This document shows, in pieces, positions 18,018 through 27,110 of a stretch of 42,441 nt of DNA (the first letter of the stretch is position 1; each line of letters starts with the position of its first letter). This DNA is from a virus (taxonomy: Duplodnaviria > Caudoviricetes): IMG/VR virus record IMGVR_UViG_3300023260_000001, positions 1-42,441 of that record; one strand, given 5' to 3'. A program made the position numbers and the translations under genes. The notes under the pieces were generated by a model. It had not been told where the DNA came from and searched no databases. It saw only the letters and a program-made list of their open reading frames with translations.

Positions 18018-18747
18018 CGAAATCCCTGCCGCCGCGCCTGCCGCTGCGGCTCCTGCACCGACCGAAGCTCCCGCTGCTGCACCGGCTGCAGCACCTGCCG
18101 CGCCTGCCGTTCAAGACGCTGCTGCTGCTCTCGGCGCCGCTCCTGAAGCCGCCAAGCCTACCGACGCACCGGCCGCACCGAACCCCGACGCGCTGACGAT
18201 GCCCGGAAAGGACGCTACGCCTGAACAGTGGGCCGAGTTCTACGGCAAGATCGGCCGGCCTGAATCGGCGGACAAGTACGAGCTGCCTGTTCCTGAAGGC
18301 GACAATGGCGCATTTGCCAAGGCTGTCGCGCCGATGCTGCACAAGGCCGGCCTCACCGGTGAGCAGGCGAAGACGCTGGCCACCGAGTGGAACGCGATGC
18401 AGGCTAAGGCTGAAGCCGATTACGTTGCCGGCGAGAATGCTCGCATCACGGCGCTGAACTCGAAGAACAAGGCCGAGGCCGACGCACTGAAAACCGAGTG
18501 GGGCGATCAGAACGATGCGAACATGGAGCATGCGCGTCGTGCGATGCGTCAGTTTTTCCCGGCTGACAAGGCTGGCGATGTGATTTCCGCAATCGAGGGT
18601 GTGGTCGGCTACAAGGGTACGATCACGATGCTGCACAGCATGGGCAAGGGCATGGCCGAGCACAGCGCGCCAGGATTGGGCGATAACACGTCCGGCGGTG
18701 GCGCTCCGAAGACGCTGGCGGAACGGATGTATCCGGGGATGCAGTAG
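18010..18747 (+). CDS. Capsid scaffolding protein
   Basis: Ala/Pro-rich N-terminus, FYGKIGRPESADKYEL, LKTEWG; directly upstream of the capsid gene. Confidence 0.85.
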   Translation: MADEIPAAAPAAAAPAPTEAPAAAPAAAPAAPAVQDAAAALGAAPEAAKPTDAPAAPNPDALTMPGKDATPEQWAEFYGKIGRPESADKYELPVPEGDNGAFAKAVAPMLHKAGLTGEQAKTLATEWNAMQAKAEADYVAGENARITALNSKNKAEADALKTEWGDQNDANMEHARRAMRQFFPADKAGDVISAIEGVVGYKGTITMLHSMGKGMAEHSAPGLGDNTSGGGAPKTLAERMYPGMQ

Positions 18748-18776
18748 CGCGACCGAGCACTCGAATCACCCCCTTC

Positions 18777-18806
18777 GGGCTGGTCTTCTGACCGGCCCTT
18801 TTCTTT
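18777..18806 (+). terminator. Rho-independent terminator
   Basis: GGGCTGGTC-TTCT-GACCGGCCC followed by TTTTCTTT. Confidence 0.7.
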
Positions 18807-18920
18807 GGGTGTTGCATTGCTGCCACAGTTTTTCCGTTGTACATTCCGCACAATTGATGTGGTAATCGCGCGCCGTGTTGGCATTCCCACAAAAAGATTT
18901 CAACTCTCACGGAGGCCAAT

Positions 18921-19940
18921 ATGGCGACCATCGGTGCAAACGTTCTTACCCTGACGGACTGGGCCAAACGGGTTGACCCCGATGGCAACGGCGTCTCCCC
19001 CGTCATCGAACTGCTAAATCAGTCGAACCCGATCCTCGATGACATGCTCTGGATCGAGGGCAACCTCGCAACCGGGCACCGCACCACTGTTCGTACCGGC
19101 CTCCCTGCCGTCGCATGGCGCAAGCTGAACTACGGTGTGGCGCAGTCGAAATCGACCACCGTCACGATCGACGACACCTGCGGCATGCTCGAAGCGTTCC
19201 CGCAGGTCGATAAAGACCTGGCCGAACTGAACGGCACCACTGCCGCATTCCGCCTGTCTGAGTCCGTCGCGTTCCTCGAGTCGATGAACCAGACGATGGC
19301 CTCGACGCTGTTCTACGGCGACACCGAACAGAACGCCGAGCGCTTCCTCGGACTGGCTCCGCGTTACTCGACGATCTCAGGCGCCACCAACGGTCAGAAC
19401 ATCATCTCGGCCGGCACCGTGACCGGCGGCGACGGTCAATCGATCTGGCTTGTGGGCTGGGGCGAATCGACCGTGCATGGCATTTTCCCAAAAGGCTCGA
19501 AGGCCGGTCTGATTCACGAAGACCTCGGCCTCGATACCGTGACCGATTCCGGCGGCGGCAAGTACCGCGCTTATCTCGACCACTACCAGTGGAAAGCAGG
19601 CCTGGCGCTGCGTGACTGGCGCTACGTGGTCCGCATCGCGAATATCGACACATCGGCGCTGGTTGCCGATACGGCCGGTGCCACGATCAAGCTGATCGAG
19701 TACATGAGCCGCGCGATTGACCGCCTGCCGATATTCGGCAACTGCAAACCGGTGTTCTACATGAGCCGCACGGCGTTCTCGATCTTGCGTATCCAGGCGC
19801 TGAACAAGTCCACCAACGCGCTTTCGATCGAGAATGCGCTCGACCAGTTCGGCAACGTGGTCCGTGGCAACCTGTCGTTCCAGGGCATCCCGATCCGCCG
19901 CGTTGATGCGCTGCTCGCGAACGAAGCGCAGATCAGCTAA
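18921..19940 (+). CDS. Major capsid protein (epsilon15 gp7 / BPP-1 Bbp17-like)
   Basis: LTLTDWAKRVDP, GHRTTVRTGLP, LRDWRYVVRIANID, FQGIPIRRVDAL; GGAGG RBS. Confidence 0.95.
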   Translation: MATIGANVLTLTDWAKRVDPDGNGVSPVIELLNQSNPILDDMLWIEGNLATGHRTTVRTGLPAVAWRKLNYGVAQSKSTTVTIDDTCGMLEAFPQVDKDLAELNGTTAAFRLSESVAFLESMNQTMASTLFYGDTEQNAERFLGLAPRYSTISGATNGQNIISAGTVTGGDGQSIWLVGWGESTVHGIFPKGSKAGLIHEDLGLDTVTDSGGGKYRAYLDHYQWKAGLALRDWRYVVRIANIDTSALVADTAGATIKLIEYMSRAIDRLPIFGNCKPVFYMSRTAFSILRIQALNKSTNALSIENALDQFGNVVRGNLSFQGIPIRRVDALLANEAQIS

Positions 19941-19966
19941 CCAGCCAAAAATTCAGGAGAACATTC

Positions 19967-20389
19967 ATGATTGTCGACAAGCAAAACGCATTCTCTGAAT
20001 CGCAGGCGCTGACTGCTACCGCGGCCTCTACCAACGTCATCGACCTGTCGCAGATCCGGCAGATCGGCGATGGCAAGCCGCTGTATGTGGTCGTCACGGT
20101 CGAGGTCGCGATGGCCGGCACCACGCCGTCTCTGGCCGTCTCGATCGTTACCGATGACAACGCCGCGCTGTCCTCGCCGGCCGTCATCCTGACCGGCCCG
20201 ACCATCCTCGGTGCCAGTCTGCCTGCCTCGACGCAGCTGGTGTACCCGATCCCGCTGTCCGGCGTAGAGCGCTTCATCGCGCTGAACTACACGCTGGCCG
20301 GTACGGGCCCGACCGTTACCGTCTCGGCTCACATCGTCGAGAACTTCACGCAGGACGTTAAGTACCCGTCCGGCTTCACGGTGCTCTGA
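19967..20389 (+). CDS. Capsid cement/decoration protein (Bbp16-like)
   Basis: MIVDKQNAFSESQALTATAASTNVIDL...RFIALNYT; follows the capsid gene. Confidence 0.88.
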   Translation: MIVDKQNAFSESQALTATAASTNVIDLSQIRQIGDGKPLYVVVTVEVAMAGTTPSLAVSIVTDDNAALSSPAVILTGPTILGASLPASTQLVYPIPLSGVERFIALNYTLAGTGPTVTVSAHIVENFTQDVKYPSGFTVL

Positions 20390-20604
20390 TGAGACAGCGG
20401 GCATTCCAGACCGGAGTGCTCGCCAACCCTTACAAGGTTGTCGAGCCCGGAGAAATCTTCGAGCACCGCGAGGCGATGGTATGGGCTGAGATCGTTGATG
20501 ACGAGCCAGCGCCTGATGTTGCGGCAGAGGACGAGCCAGCGCCTGATCTGATTGAACAAAAGAAGGGCCGCAGAAAACCCGAGCCCGACGCTGATGTGAT
20601 CTAA
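20389..20604 (+). CDS. Hypothetical protein
   Basis: 71 aa; internal 18-nt duplication (DEPAPD twice). Confidence 0.65.
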   Translation: MRQRAFQTGVLANPYKVVEPGEIFEHREAMVWAEIVDDEPAPDVAAEDEPAPDLIEQKKGRRKPEPDADVI

Positions 20605-20608
20605 CGCG

Positions 20609-20628
20609 ACAGCCCTTCGGGGCTGTTG
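20609..20628 (+). terminator. Hairpin / weak terminator after the head genes
   Basis: ACAGCCC-TTCG-GGGCTGT. Confidence 0.55.
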
Positions 20629-20648
20629 TGCCATAGGAGACACGGGCC

Positions 20649-21293
20649 GTGGCAAGCAAAGTCGAAGTAGCCAATCTCGCGCTGACAAAGCTCGGCGACG
20701 ATCCCATCCTGCTCCTGACGGATGACACCAAGCCAGCGCGCACGCTGAACCGGATTTTCGACCTGATCGCCAATGCGGAGATGCAGGCGAACTGGTGGAA
20801 ATTCACGGTCAAGCGCACCGAACTCTCGGCGCTGGTCGATCCTCCCGCCTGGGGTTATGCCTCGCAATACCCGCTCCCGTCCGACTACCTCGGGCTGATC
20901 CAGGTCAACGATATCTATCTCTGCTCGGCATCGCGCCAGCGCGGGCTGTGGTCCGTCGAGTCCGGGCTGATCCTGACCGACATGCAGGCTCCTCTGAAGC
21001 TGCGCTATATCCAGCGTGTTCCGGTGGCGTCCTGGCATTCGCTGTTCGTTGATGCGTTTGCCTGCAAGCTCGCGATGGAAGCCTGCGAGACGCTGACGCA
21101 ATCCGACTCGAAGTTCCAGCGTGTCGCAAAAATGTACGAGGTTGCAATCCAGCGCGCGCATTCCATGGACGCCATCGAGAACCCGCCGGAGCAGTTCCCG
21201 CTCGGTTCATGGAACGAGTCTCGCGAAGGCGGTGCGGTTGGAACTGGCGGCGATGGATGGGCCGCTCTGCCGACGAATATGGTGATCGGCTGA
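20649..21293 (+). CDS. Head-tail adaptor (tail tubular protein A-like)
   Basis: MASKVEVANLALTKLG...WKF...YPLPSDYL...FVDAFACKLA. Confidence 0.85.
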   Translation: MASKVEVANLALTKLGDDPILLLTDDTKPARTLNRIFDLIANAEMQANWWKFTVKRTELSALVDPPAWGYASQYPLPSDYLGLIQVNDIYLCSASRQRGLWSVESGLILTDMQAPLKLRYIQRVPVASWHSLFVDAFACKLAMEACETLTQSDSKFQRVAKMYEVAIQRAHSMDAIENPPEQFPLGSWNESREGGAVGTGGDGWAALPTNMVIG

Positions 21294-21294
21294 T

Positions 21295-23532
21295 ATGGGT
21301 CGCGCATCTCCGATCATTGATAATACGAATGCGGGCGAACTGTCGCCGCTGATCGCCGGCCGTGTCACGTTTGAGAAGTACCCGAACGGCGCAACGATCT
21401 GCGAGAATTTCCTGCCGACAGTACAGGGTCCGTCGATACGCAGAGCCGGCACGCGGTTCGTGCATGAGGTCAAGGCGTCCGGCGCTGGTGCTTCGCTGTT
21501 GCAGGTGTTCGAATACTCCGTCGACCAGGCGTACCAGGTCGAGTTCGGACACCTCTACGCGCGGTTCTATACGTGGGACGCAGTGACGAAGGTTCGCGGC
21601 ATCATCGAGTCCTCGCCTGGCGTTCCATACGAGATCGTCACGCCGTACCCGATCACGCAGCTCTATAACGCCAACGGCACGAGGCGCCTGCAATTCACGC
21701 AGTCCGGCGACTTTCTCTACATCGCCAGCCCGGACCAGCAGCAACGCATCCTGAAGCGCCTGACCGCGACGACGTTCTCGCTCGTCAAGTTCGACTCGAA
21801 GTCAGGGCCGTGGAAGCCGCTGAACGATACCGCAACGACGGTCTATGCCAGCGCTGCGACCGGAACCGGAATCACGCTGACAGCCTCGGCCGCAATATTC
21901 CAGGCGGGGCATGTCGGATCGCTGTTCTACCTCGAGTCGAAGAGCATCAACGCGATTCCGGCGTGGGAAGTCTCCAAGGCGATCGCCATCGGTGTCGAGC
22001 GCCGCAGCGACGGCAAGACCTACAAGGCGCTGAACGCCGCCACGACCGGAACGAGCCGGCCCGTCCATACAGAGGGCGCTATTCTCGACGGCGATACCGG
22101 CGTGCAGTGGCAGTATCAAGACCCTGGCTATGGCTGGGTTCGCATCACCGGGTTCACGTCCTCGACGATTGTCACGGCCGACGTGATCTCGCAGCTGCCA
22201 TCACAGGTAGTCGGAGCGCCGAATGCGACGACACGCTGGGCCCATGCCGCATGGTCTGATGTCGAAGGTTATCCGTCATCCGTGGCGTTCTATCGCGACC
22301 GGCTGTGGTGGGGCAGAAAACGCACTGCCTGGTCTTCTGTGACGTCCGATTACGAGGACTATTCCCCGCGCTCGTTCGGCCTCGTGACGGCTGATATGGC
22401 GATCACGGCGAACCTTGCATCGGGCAAGCTGAACGATATCCAGTGGCTATCACCTGACCGCGACCTGATTGCCGGTACGACAGGCGGCGAGTTTGCTATC
22501 GGGGAACTGACGAACGGCGAGCCGATCGGGCCGGGTAACGTCCGCGCTCGGTCGATGTCGGAGTTCGGGTCACGCGCCGTGGTGCCGATCAAGAACGCTG
22601 AGGCGCTTCTGTTCTTCAAGCGTTCCGGGTTGGAAGCCCGCGAAACATCCTACGACTTCGGATCGGACGGCTATAAATCGTCAAATGCGACGGTTCTGTC
22701 TGAACACATCACGAAGACCGGCGTCGTGCAGGCCGTGTTCGCTTCTGACCCGGCGCCGATCGTCTGGGCTATCCGATCTGATGGCGCGCTGGTTGGCTTC
22801 ACCTGGAATCCCGAGCAGAACGTCCGCGGCTGGCATCGGCATCCGGTTGGCGGAAATGGCGTCGTCGAATCGATCTCAGTGATGCCTGCTGCCGAGGGCG
22901 ACCGATCCGAACTCTGGCTGATCGTTCGGCGCACCATCAACGGACTGACGAAGCGGTACGTCGAATATCTTGAGCGGCCGTTCCGCACCGGCGACACGCA
23001 GGCCTCGCAGTTCTATGTCGACAGTGGCCTGACGTACAACGGGGCGCCGACGACAACGATCACCGGGCTCGGCCACCTCGAAGGCATGACGGTGAATGTG
23101 CTGCTCGATGGCGCACCTCACCCTGATCGCGTCGTGACGTCTGGATCGATCACGCTACAGCGGGCTGGCTCGATTGTGCAGATCGGATTGTCATGTCCGG
23201 CGCGCTGGCGTTCCATGCGGCTCGAAGCAGGCGCTGCCGATGGCACAGCGCAAGGCAAGACGAAGCGCGCGCATAAGGTCACGTTCCGCCTCGACAACAC
23301 CGGCAGCGGAAAATACGGCGCGCTGGTCGACGGGTTCCCGATGGATTACTTCCAGTTCAGAACAGCCAGCGATGCGATGGATCAGCCCGTTCCGTTGTTC
23401 ACAGGCGACAAGACGGTCGATTGGCCGAAGGGCTACGATGCGGACGGGTACTTCGGGTTTTCTATCGATCAACCGGTGGCCGCAACGATTGTCGCGGTCA
23501 TGCCGATCATCACGGTTCAGGACGGGAGATGA
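21295..23532 (+). CDS. Tail tubular protein B / nozzle-like
   Basis: NAGELSP, QGPSIRRAGTRFV, GYPSSVAFYRDRL, FYVDSG, GLGHLEG. Confidence 0.9.
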   Translation: MGRASPIIDNTNAGELSPLIAGRVTFEKYPNGATICENFLPTVQGPSIRRAGTRFVHEVKASGAGASLLQVFEYSVDQAYQVEFGHLYARFYTWDAVTKVRGIIESSPGVPYEIVTPYPITQLYNANGTRRLQFTQSGDFLYIASPDQQQRILKRLTATTFSLVKFDSKSGPWKPLNDTATTVYASAATGTGITLTASAAIFQAGHVGSLFYLESKSINAIPAWEVSKAIAIGVERRSDGKTYKALNAATTGTSRPVHTEGAILDGDTGVQWQYQDPGYGWVRITGFTSSTIVTADVISQLPSQVVGAPNATTRWAHAAWSDVEGYPSSVAFYRDRLWWGRKRTAWSSVTSDYEDYSPRSFGLVTADMAITANLASGKLNDIQWLSPDRDLIAGTTGGEFAIGELTNGEPIGPGNVRARSMSEFGSRAVVPIKNAEALLFFKRSGLEARETSYDFGSDGYKSSNATVLSEHITKTGVVQAVFASDPAPIVWAIRSDGALVGFTWNPEQNVRGWHRHPVGGNGVVESISVMPAAEGDRSELWLIVRRTINGLTKRYVEYLERPFRTGDTQASQFYVDSGLTYNGAPTTTITGLGHLEGMTVNVLLDGAPHPDRVVTSGSITLQRAGSIVQIGLSCPARWRSMRLEAGAADGTAQGKTKRAHKVTFRLDNTGSGKYGALVDGFPMDYFQFRTASDAMDQPVPLFTGDKTVDWPKGYDADGYFGFSIDQPVAATIVAVMPIITVQDGR

Positions 23533-23954
23533 GAGTCGAGAAACTGCGGGCATGGCATCTTGAAGCGCTTGAGCTCCAACCATCGCAGGCGATGTTCGGG
23601 ACGAGCATCAAGCAGCCTGACTATCAACGCATGATCGTGAATGCCGGCCAGGCCTTCGCTGCGGTGAGCGGGGACACAGTTTTGGGTTGCGGCGGCATGA
23701 CCGAACTGTGGGAAAATCGCGCTCAAATATGGGCGTTGGTTTCAAAGGATGCAGGTCCGCACATGGTTGGTATCCACCGAGCCGTTGAGGGGTTTCTGAA
23801 GCAGGCGCCGCAACGCCGGATCGAGGCTTATGTGTTGGTCGGATTCTCGGCCGGAAGTCGGTGGATTCGGCGGCTTGGGTTCAAGCACGAGGGAACCATG
23901 CGGGCATACTCGCCGGAAGGCGACGATTACGAACTTTATGCGAGGGTGCGGTAA
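23529..23954 (+). CDS. GNAT-fold virion assembly protein (T7 gp13-like position)
   Basis: RRIEAYV...WIRRLGFKHEGTMR; follows tail tube B. Confidence 0.75.
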   Translation: MRVEKLRAWHLEALELQPSQAMFGTSIKQPDYQRMIVNAGQAFAAVSGDTVLGCGGMTELWENRAQIWALVSKDAGPHMVGIHRAVEGFLKQAPQRRIEAYVLVGFSAGSRWIRRLGFKHEGTMRAYSPEGDDYELYARVR

Positions 23955-24499
23955 TGGCTTTCATTGCTCCTGTTTTGGTTGCGATGGGCGCGTCGGCAGG
24001 CACGGCTGCAACGATTGGAACCGTGGCGACGGTGGCCAGCACAGCGCTGGCTGCGGTGAGCGCCGTCCGGTCATCACAGCAGGCCTCTGCCAACGAGAAG
24101 ACCGCAGCCAATCGGGCCGAATACGATGCCAAGGTCGCGGACTTGCGAGCCGGCCAGGTCGGAATCGAGACGAACATGCGCGAGGACGAGCAACGCCAGC
24201 GCGCTCGCATCGCCATCGGCCAGCAGCTTGCATCGAGCGGTGAGGCTGGAGCCGGTCTGAACGAAGACCTGCTGCGGCAGTCGGTCTACAACTCAGAGCA
24301 GGACACCACGGCAATCCGCTACGAGGGCGCACTGAAGCGCGCGGGCTATACCGACGAGGTTGCTCTGCAGAAGGGCAACGCGGTCCAGCGCCGGCAGAAT
24401 GCGCGCGAGGCGACAACGTCTGGCTACATCGGCGCGGCATCGGCGCTGACACAGGGTGCGGCGAACTACTACGGCAAGAAATCACTGAACGGCGGATAG
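23954..24499 (+). CDS. Internal virion (ejection) protein, small
   Basis: Ala/Gly-rich hydrophobic N-terminus, helical body; position in the ejectosome cluster. Confidence 0.75.
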   Translation: MAFIAPVLVAMGASAGTAATIGTVATVASTALAAVSAVRSSQQASANEKTAANRAEYDAKVADLRAGQVGIETNMREDEQRQRARIAIGQQLASSGEAGAGLNEDLLRQSVYNSEQDTTAIRYEGALKRAGYTDEVALQKGNAVQRRQNAREATTSGYIGAASALTQGAANYYGKKSLNGG

Positions 24500-24503
24500 A
24501 GAC

Positions 24504-27110
24504 ATGGCGACGGCAATCCCGATCTATAACCGTCAGGTGATCGCTGGAGGCGTGCAGTCAAACCCCGGCGCGAGTTCGGCCGTCAATGGCCAGAGCTATC
24601 TCGGCAATGCGCTCGGCGAGGCAGCAAACGCGCTGGGCAGCGTCAGCAACGCGGCCGAGGCAATCGCAAAACAGCAGCGCCAACTCGTCGAGGACCGCTC
24701 GGCCGTCGATGTCGCGAACGTGCTGTCGAAGGGTGACGTTTTTTGGCAGGAGGATTCGACGAATAGGTTCCAGTCCTGGAAGGTCGGCGATCCTGACATG
24801 CGCGAGGGCATCGGCAAGGACTTCGACAAGTGGCAGTCCGAGACGGCGCAAGGCCTGCAGACCGAGTCCGCTCGAAATTACTTCCTGAAGCACACGGCTG
24901 GCCAGAAGGCGCAGCTGATGCAGAACGCGTTCTCCTGGCAGCAGAAGGCGACCACGGACCGGCTGAATGCCGATACGGTCGTCGGGCAGCAGGATGACGA
25001 GAACGTCGTCGCGCAGGATCCTACGAGCCTCGACCGCGTCTATGCGCGGCGTATGGAAACGGTTCTGGCCCGCAAGGATCTGAGCGAGGCCGAGAAAATC
25101 AAGTTCGGCAAAACGTACAAGGAAGGCCTGCGCCTCGCCTCCGAGTCCGGAGAGATGCACCGTGATCCGGCTGGCTGGTACGAGCGTCGGTTCGGGAAGT
25201 TCCGGCAGGATGGCAAGAGCGCTGCTGTTGGGTCGGGCTCTACAGGCGACCAGCTATGGGCGGCGCAGGTCAATCAGGAGTCGGGCGGCAAGCAGTTCCG
25301 CGATGATGGCACGCCTGTCACGTCCTCGAAGGGCGCCATCGGCGTTGCGCAGGTCATGCCGAGCACTGGTCCAGAGGCGGCAAAGCTTGCCGGCCTGCCG
25401 TGGGATGAGCAGCGGTTCCACAAGGACGCCGGCTACAACGAAGCGCTCGGCCGAGCATACATGGACAAGCAGTTGCAGACGTTCGGGGGCGACCAGGCGA
25501 AGGCGTTGGCTGCGTACAACATGGGGCCCGGATCAGCTGAGAAGGGCACCGGTGTCGCTGGACTGGTGGCGAAGTATGGCAACGACTGGCTAGCGCATGC
25601 ACCGCAGGAAACGCAGGACTACGTTCAGCGCATCTCCGCTCGTGTCGGCGGCGCAGGCCGTCCCGCTCCTCGTGTTCAGGTCGCAAGCGCTGACACAGGC
25701 ACGATGACAGACGCCGGCGGTGGCGCGGTGTCTGCGGTCGATCAGCCGTCTAGCTTCACCGATCTCGACTGGGAGAAGCAGATTCAGCTGAAGCGCCAGG
25801 CCGAGACGATGCTGCGCCAGCAAAGCGCGCTGTTCTCGTCCGACATGGATGCGAAGATGCGCGAAGCCTCGGCGATGCATGCGGATGGCAAGGTCGATCC
25901 GTTCAACCTGGAGCCGGCGGACTTCGACCGCGCCTATGGTGAGAAGGGCGCTGCCGCCTACGATGAATATCGGCAGAGCCGCGCCATGGCGACGGACATC
26001 GCGCATTTCCAGACGATGACGCCGGACGAGATCAAGGGCTCGCTCGAGCAGTCGCAGGCGCAGGTCGATGCGCGGGCCGAGTTCGGCGGCGTTGGATACC
26101 AGGCTGCGGATGCACGCCAGCAGCGCCGGATACAGTCGGCGCAGCAGGTTGTCGAGCAGCAGCAGAAGGACCCGCAGGCGTATGCCGCGAAGGTCGGTCT
26201 GTCGCAGGCAAAACAGATCGACATGAGCAACACCGACGCGATGGGGGCCGAGCTCGCCAAGCGTGAGTCGACGGCATCGATGATGCGTGACCGCTACAAA
26301 GCGCCGTATCAGCTGCTGACGAATACCGAAGCGCAGGCGATGTCGGCAACGATGCGCACGTTCCCGACTGCGGCGCGCGTTCAGTATCTCGAGGCAATGC
26401 GCACGTCGGTTGCCGACCCGACTGCATATCGCTCGCTGATGCAGCAGATCGCGCCTGACAGTCCGGTGACGGCAGTGGCTGGCAACATCCTGGCGGCGCA
26501 GGCTTGGACGCAACAGGGCGGCTGGTTCGGCAAGGACATGGCGTTCGACCCGAAGAAGGTCGCGAGCACGATCCTGCAGGGCGAGTCGATCCTGAACCCG
26601 ACGAAGAGTGATAAGGCGCAGGATGGCCGTGGCGGGAACTTCCCGATGCCGAAGAACCAGGACATGGAGCGCGCGTTCAACGATTTCGTTGGGCAGGCGT
26701 TCGCTGGAGATGCGGCTGGCTATGGTGCTGCGTATCAGTCGTACCGCGCCTACTACGCCGGCAAGTCCAGCGAGAAGGGCGTTCTGTCTGACGTGCTCGA
26801 CGACACGATCAGCCGCGAGTCGATGCTGGCCGTGACCGGCGGCGTGTATGACCTGAACGGCAACGGAAACGTGCTGAAGCCGTGGGGCATGGGCGACGAT
26901 CTGTTCGAGCAGAAGGTGAAGGATGCGTATGCCGGCGCGATGCAAGCTGCTGGGCTGCGTGGCACCGCGTCGGACCAGTTCGACGCCTACGGGCTGCGCA
27001 AGCTATCAGGCTCGCAGTATCTGCTGACTAACGGAACCGGCGCGCTGATGGGCCGGAACGGGCCTGTGATACTGAATATTTCGCCGAACGTGCCGAGGCC
27101 GATCCGATGA
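24504..27110 (+). CDS. Internal virion protein with lytic transglycosylase domain
   Basis: QESGG...SSKGAIGVAQVMP...ALAAYNMGPG...ETQDYV. Confidence 0.9.
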   Translation: MATAIPIYNRQVIAGGVQSNPGASSAVNGQSYLGNALGEAANALGSVSNAAEAIAKQQRQLVEDRSAVDVANVLSKGDVFWQEDSTNRFQSWKVGDPDMREGIGKDFDKWQSETAQGLQTESARNYFLKHTAGQKAQLMQNAFSWQQKATTDRLNADTVVGQQDDENVVAQDPTSLDRVYARRMETVLARKDLSEAEKIKFGKTYKEGLRLASESGEMHRDPAGWYERRFGKFRQDGKSAAVGSGSTGDQLWAAQVNQESGGKQFRDDGTPVTSSKGAIGVAQVMPSTGPEAAKLAGLPWDEQRFHKDAGYNEALGRAYMDKQLQTFGGDQAKALAAYNMGPGSAEKGTGVAGLVAKYGNDWLAHAPQETQDYVQRISARVGGAGRPAPRVQVASADTGTMTDAGGGAVSAVDQPSSFTDLDWEKQIQLKRQAETMLRQQSALFSSDMDAKMREASAMHADGKVDPFNLEPADFDRAYGEKGAAAYDEYRQSRAMATDIAHFQTMTPDEIKGSLEQSQAQVDARAEFGGVGYQAADARQQRRIQSAQQVVEQQQKDPQAYAAKVGLSQAKQIDMSNTDAMGAELAKRESTASMMRDRYKAPYQLLTNTEAQAMSATMRTFPTAARVQYLEAMRTSVADPTAYRSLMQQIAPDSPVTAVAGNILAAQAWTQQGGWFGKDMAFDPKKVASTILQGESILNPTKSDKAQDGRGGNFPMPKNQDMERAFNDFVGQAFAGDAAGYGAAYQSYRAYYAGKSSEKGVLSDVLDDTISRESMLAVTGGVYDLNGNGNVLKPWGMGDDLFEQKVKDAYAGAMQAAGLRGTASDQFDAYGLRKLSGSQYLLTNGTGALMGRNGPVILNISPNVPRPIR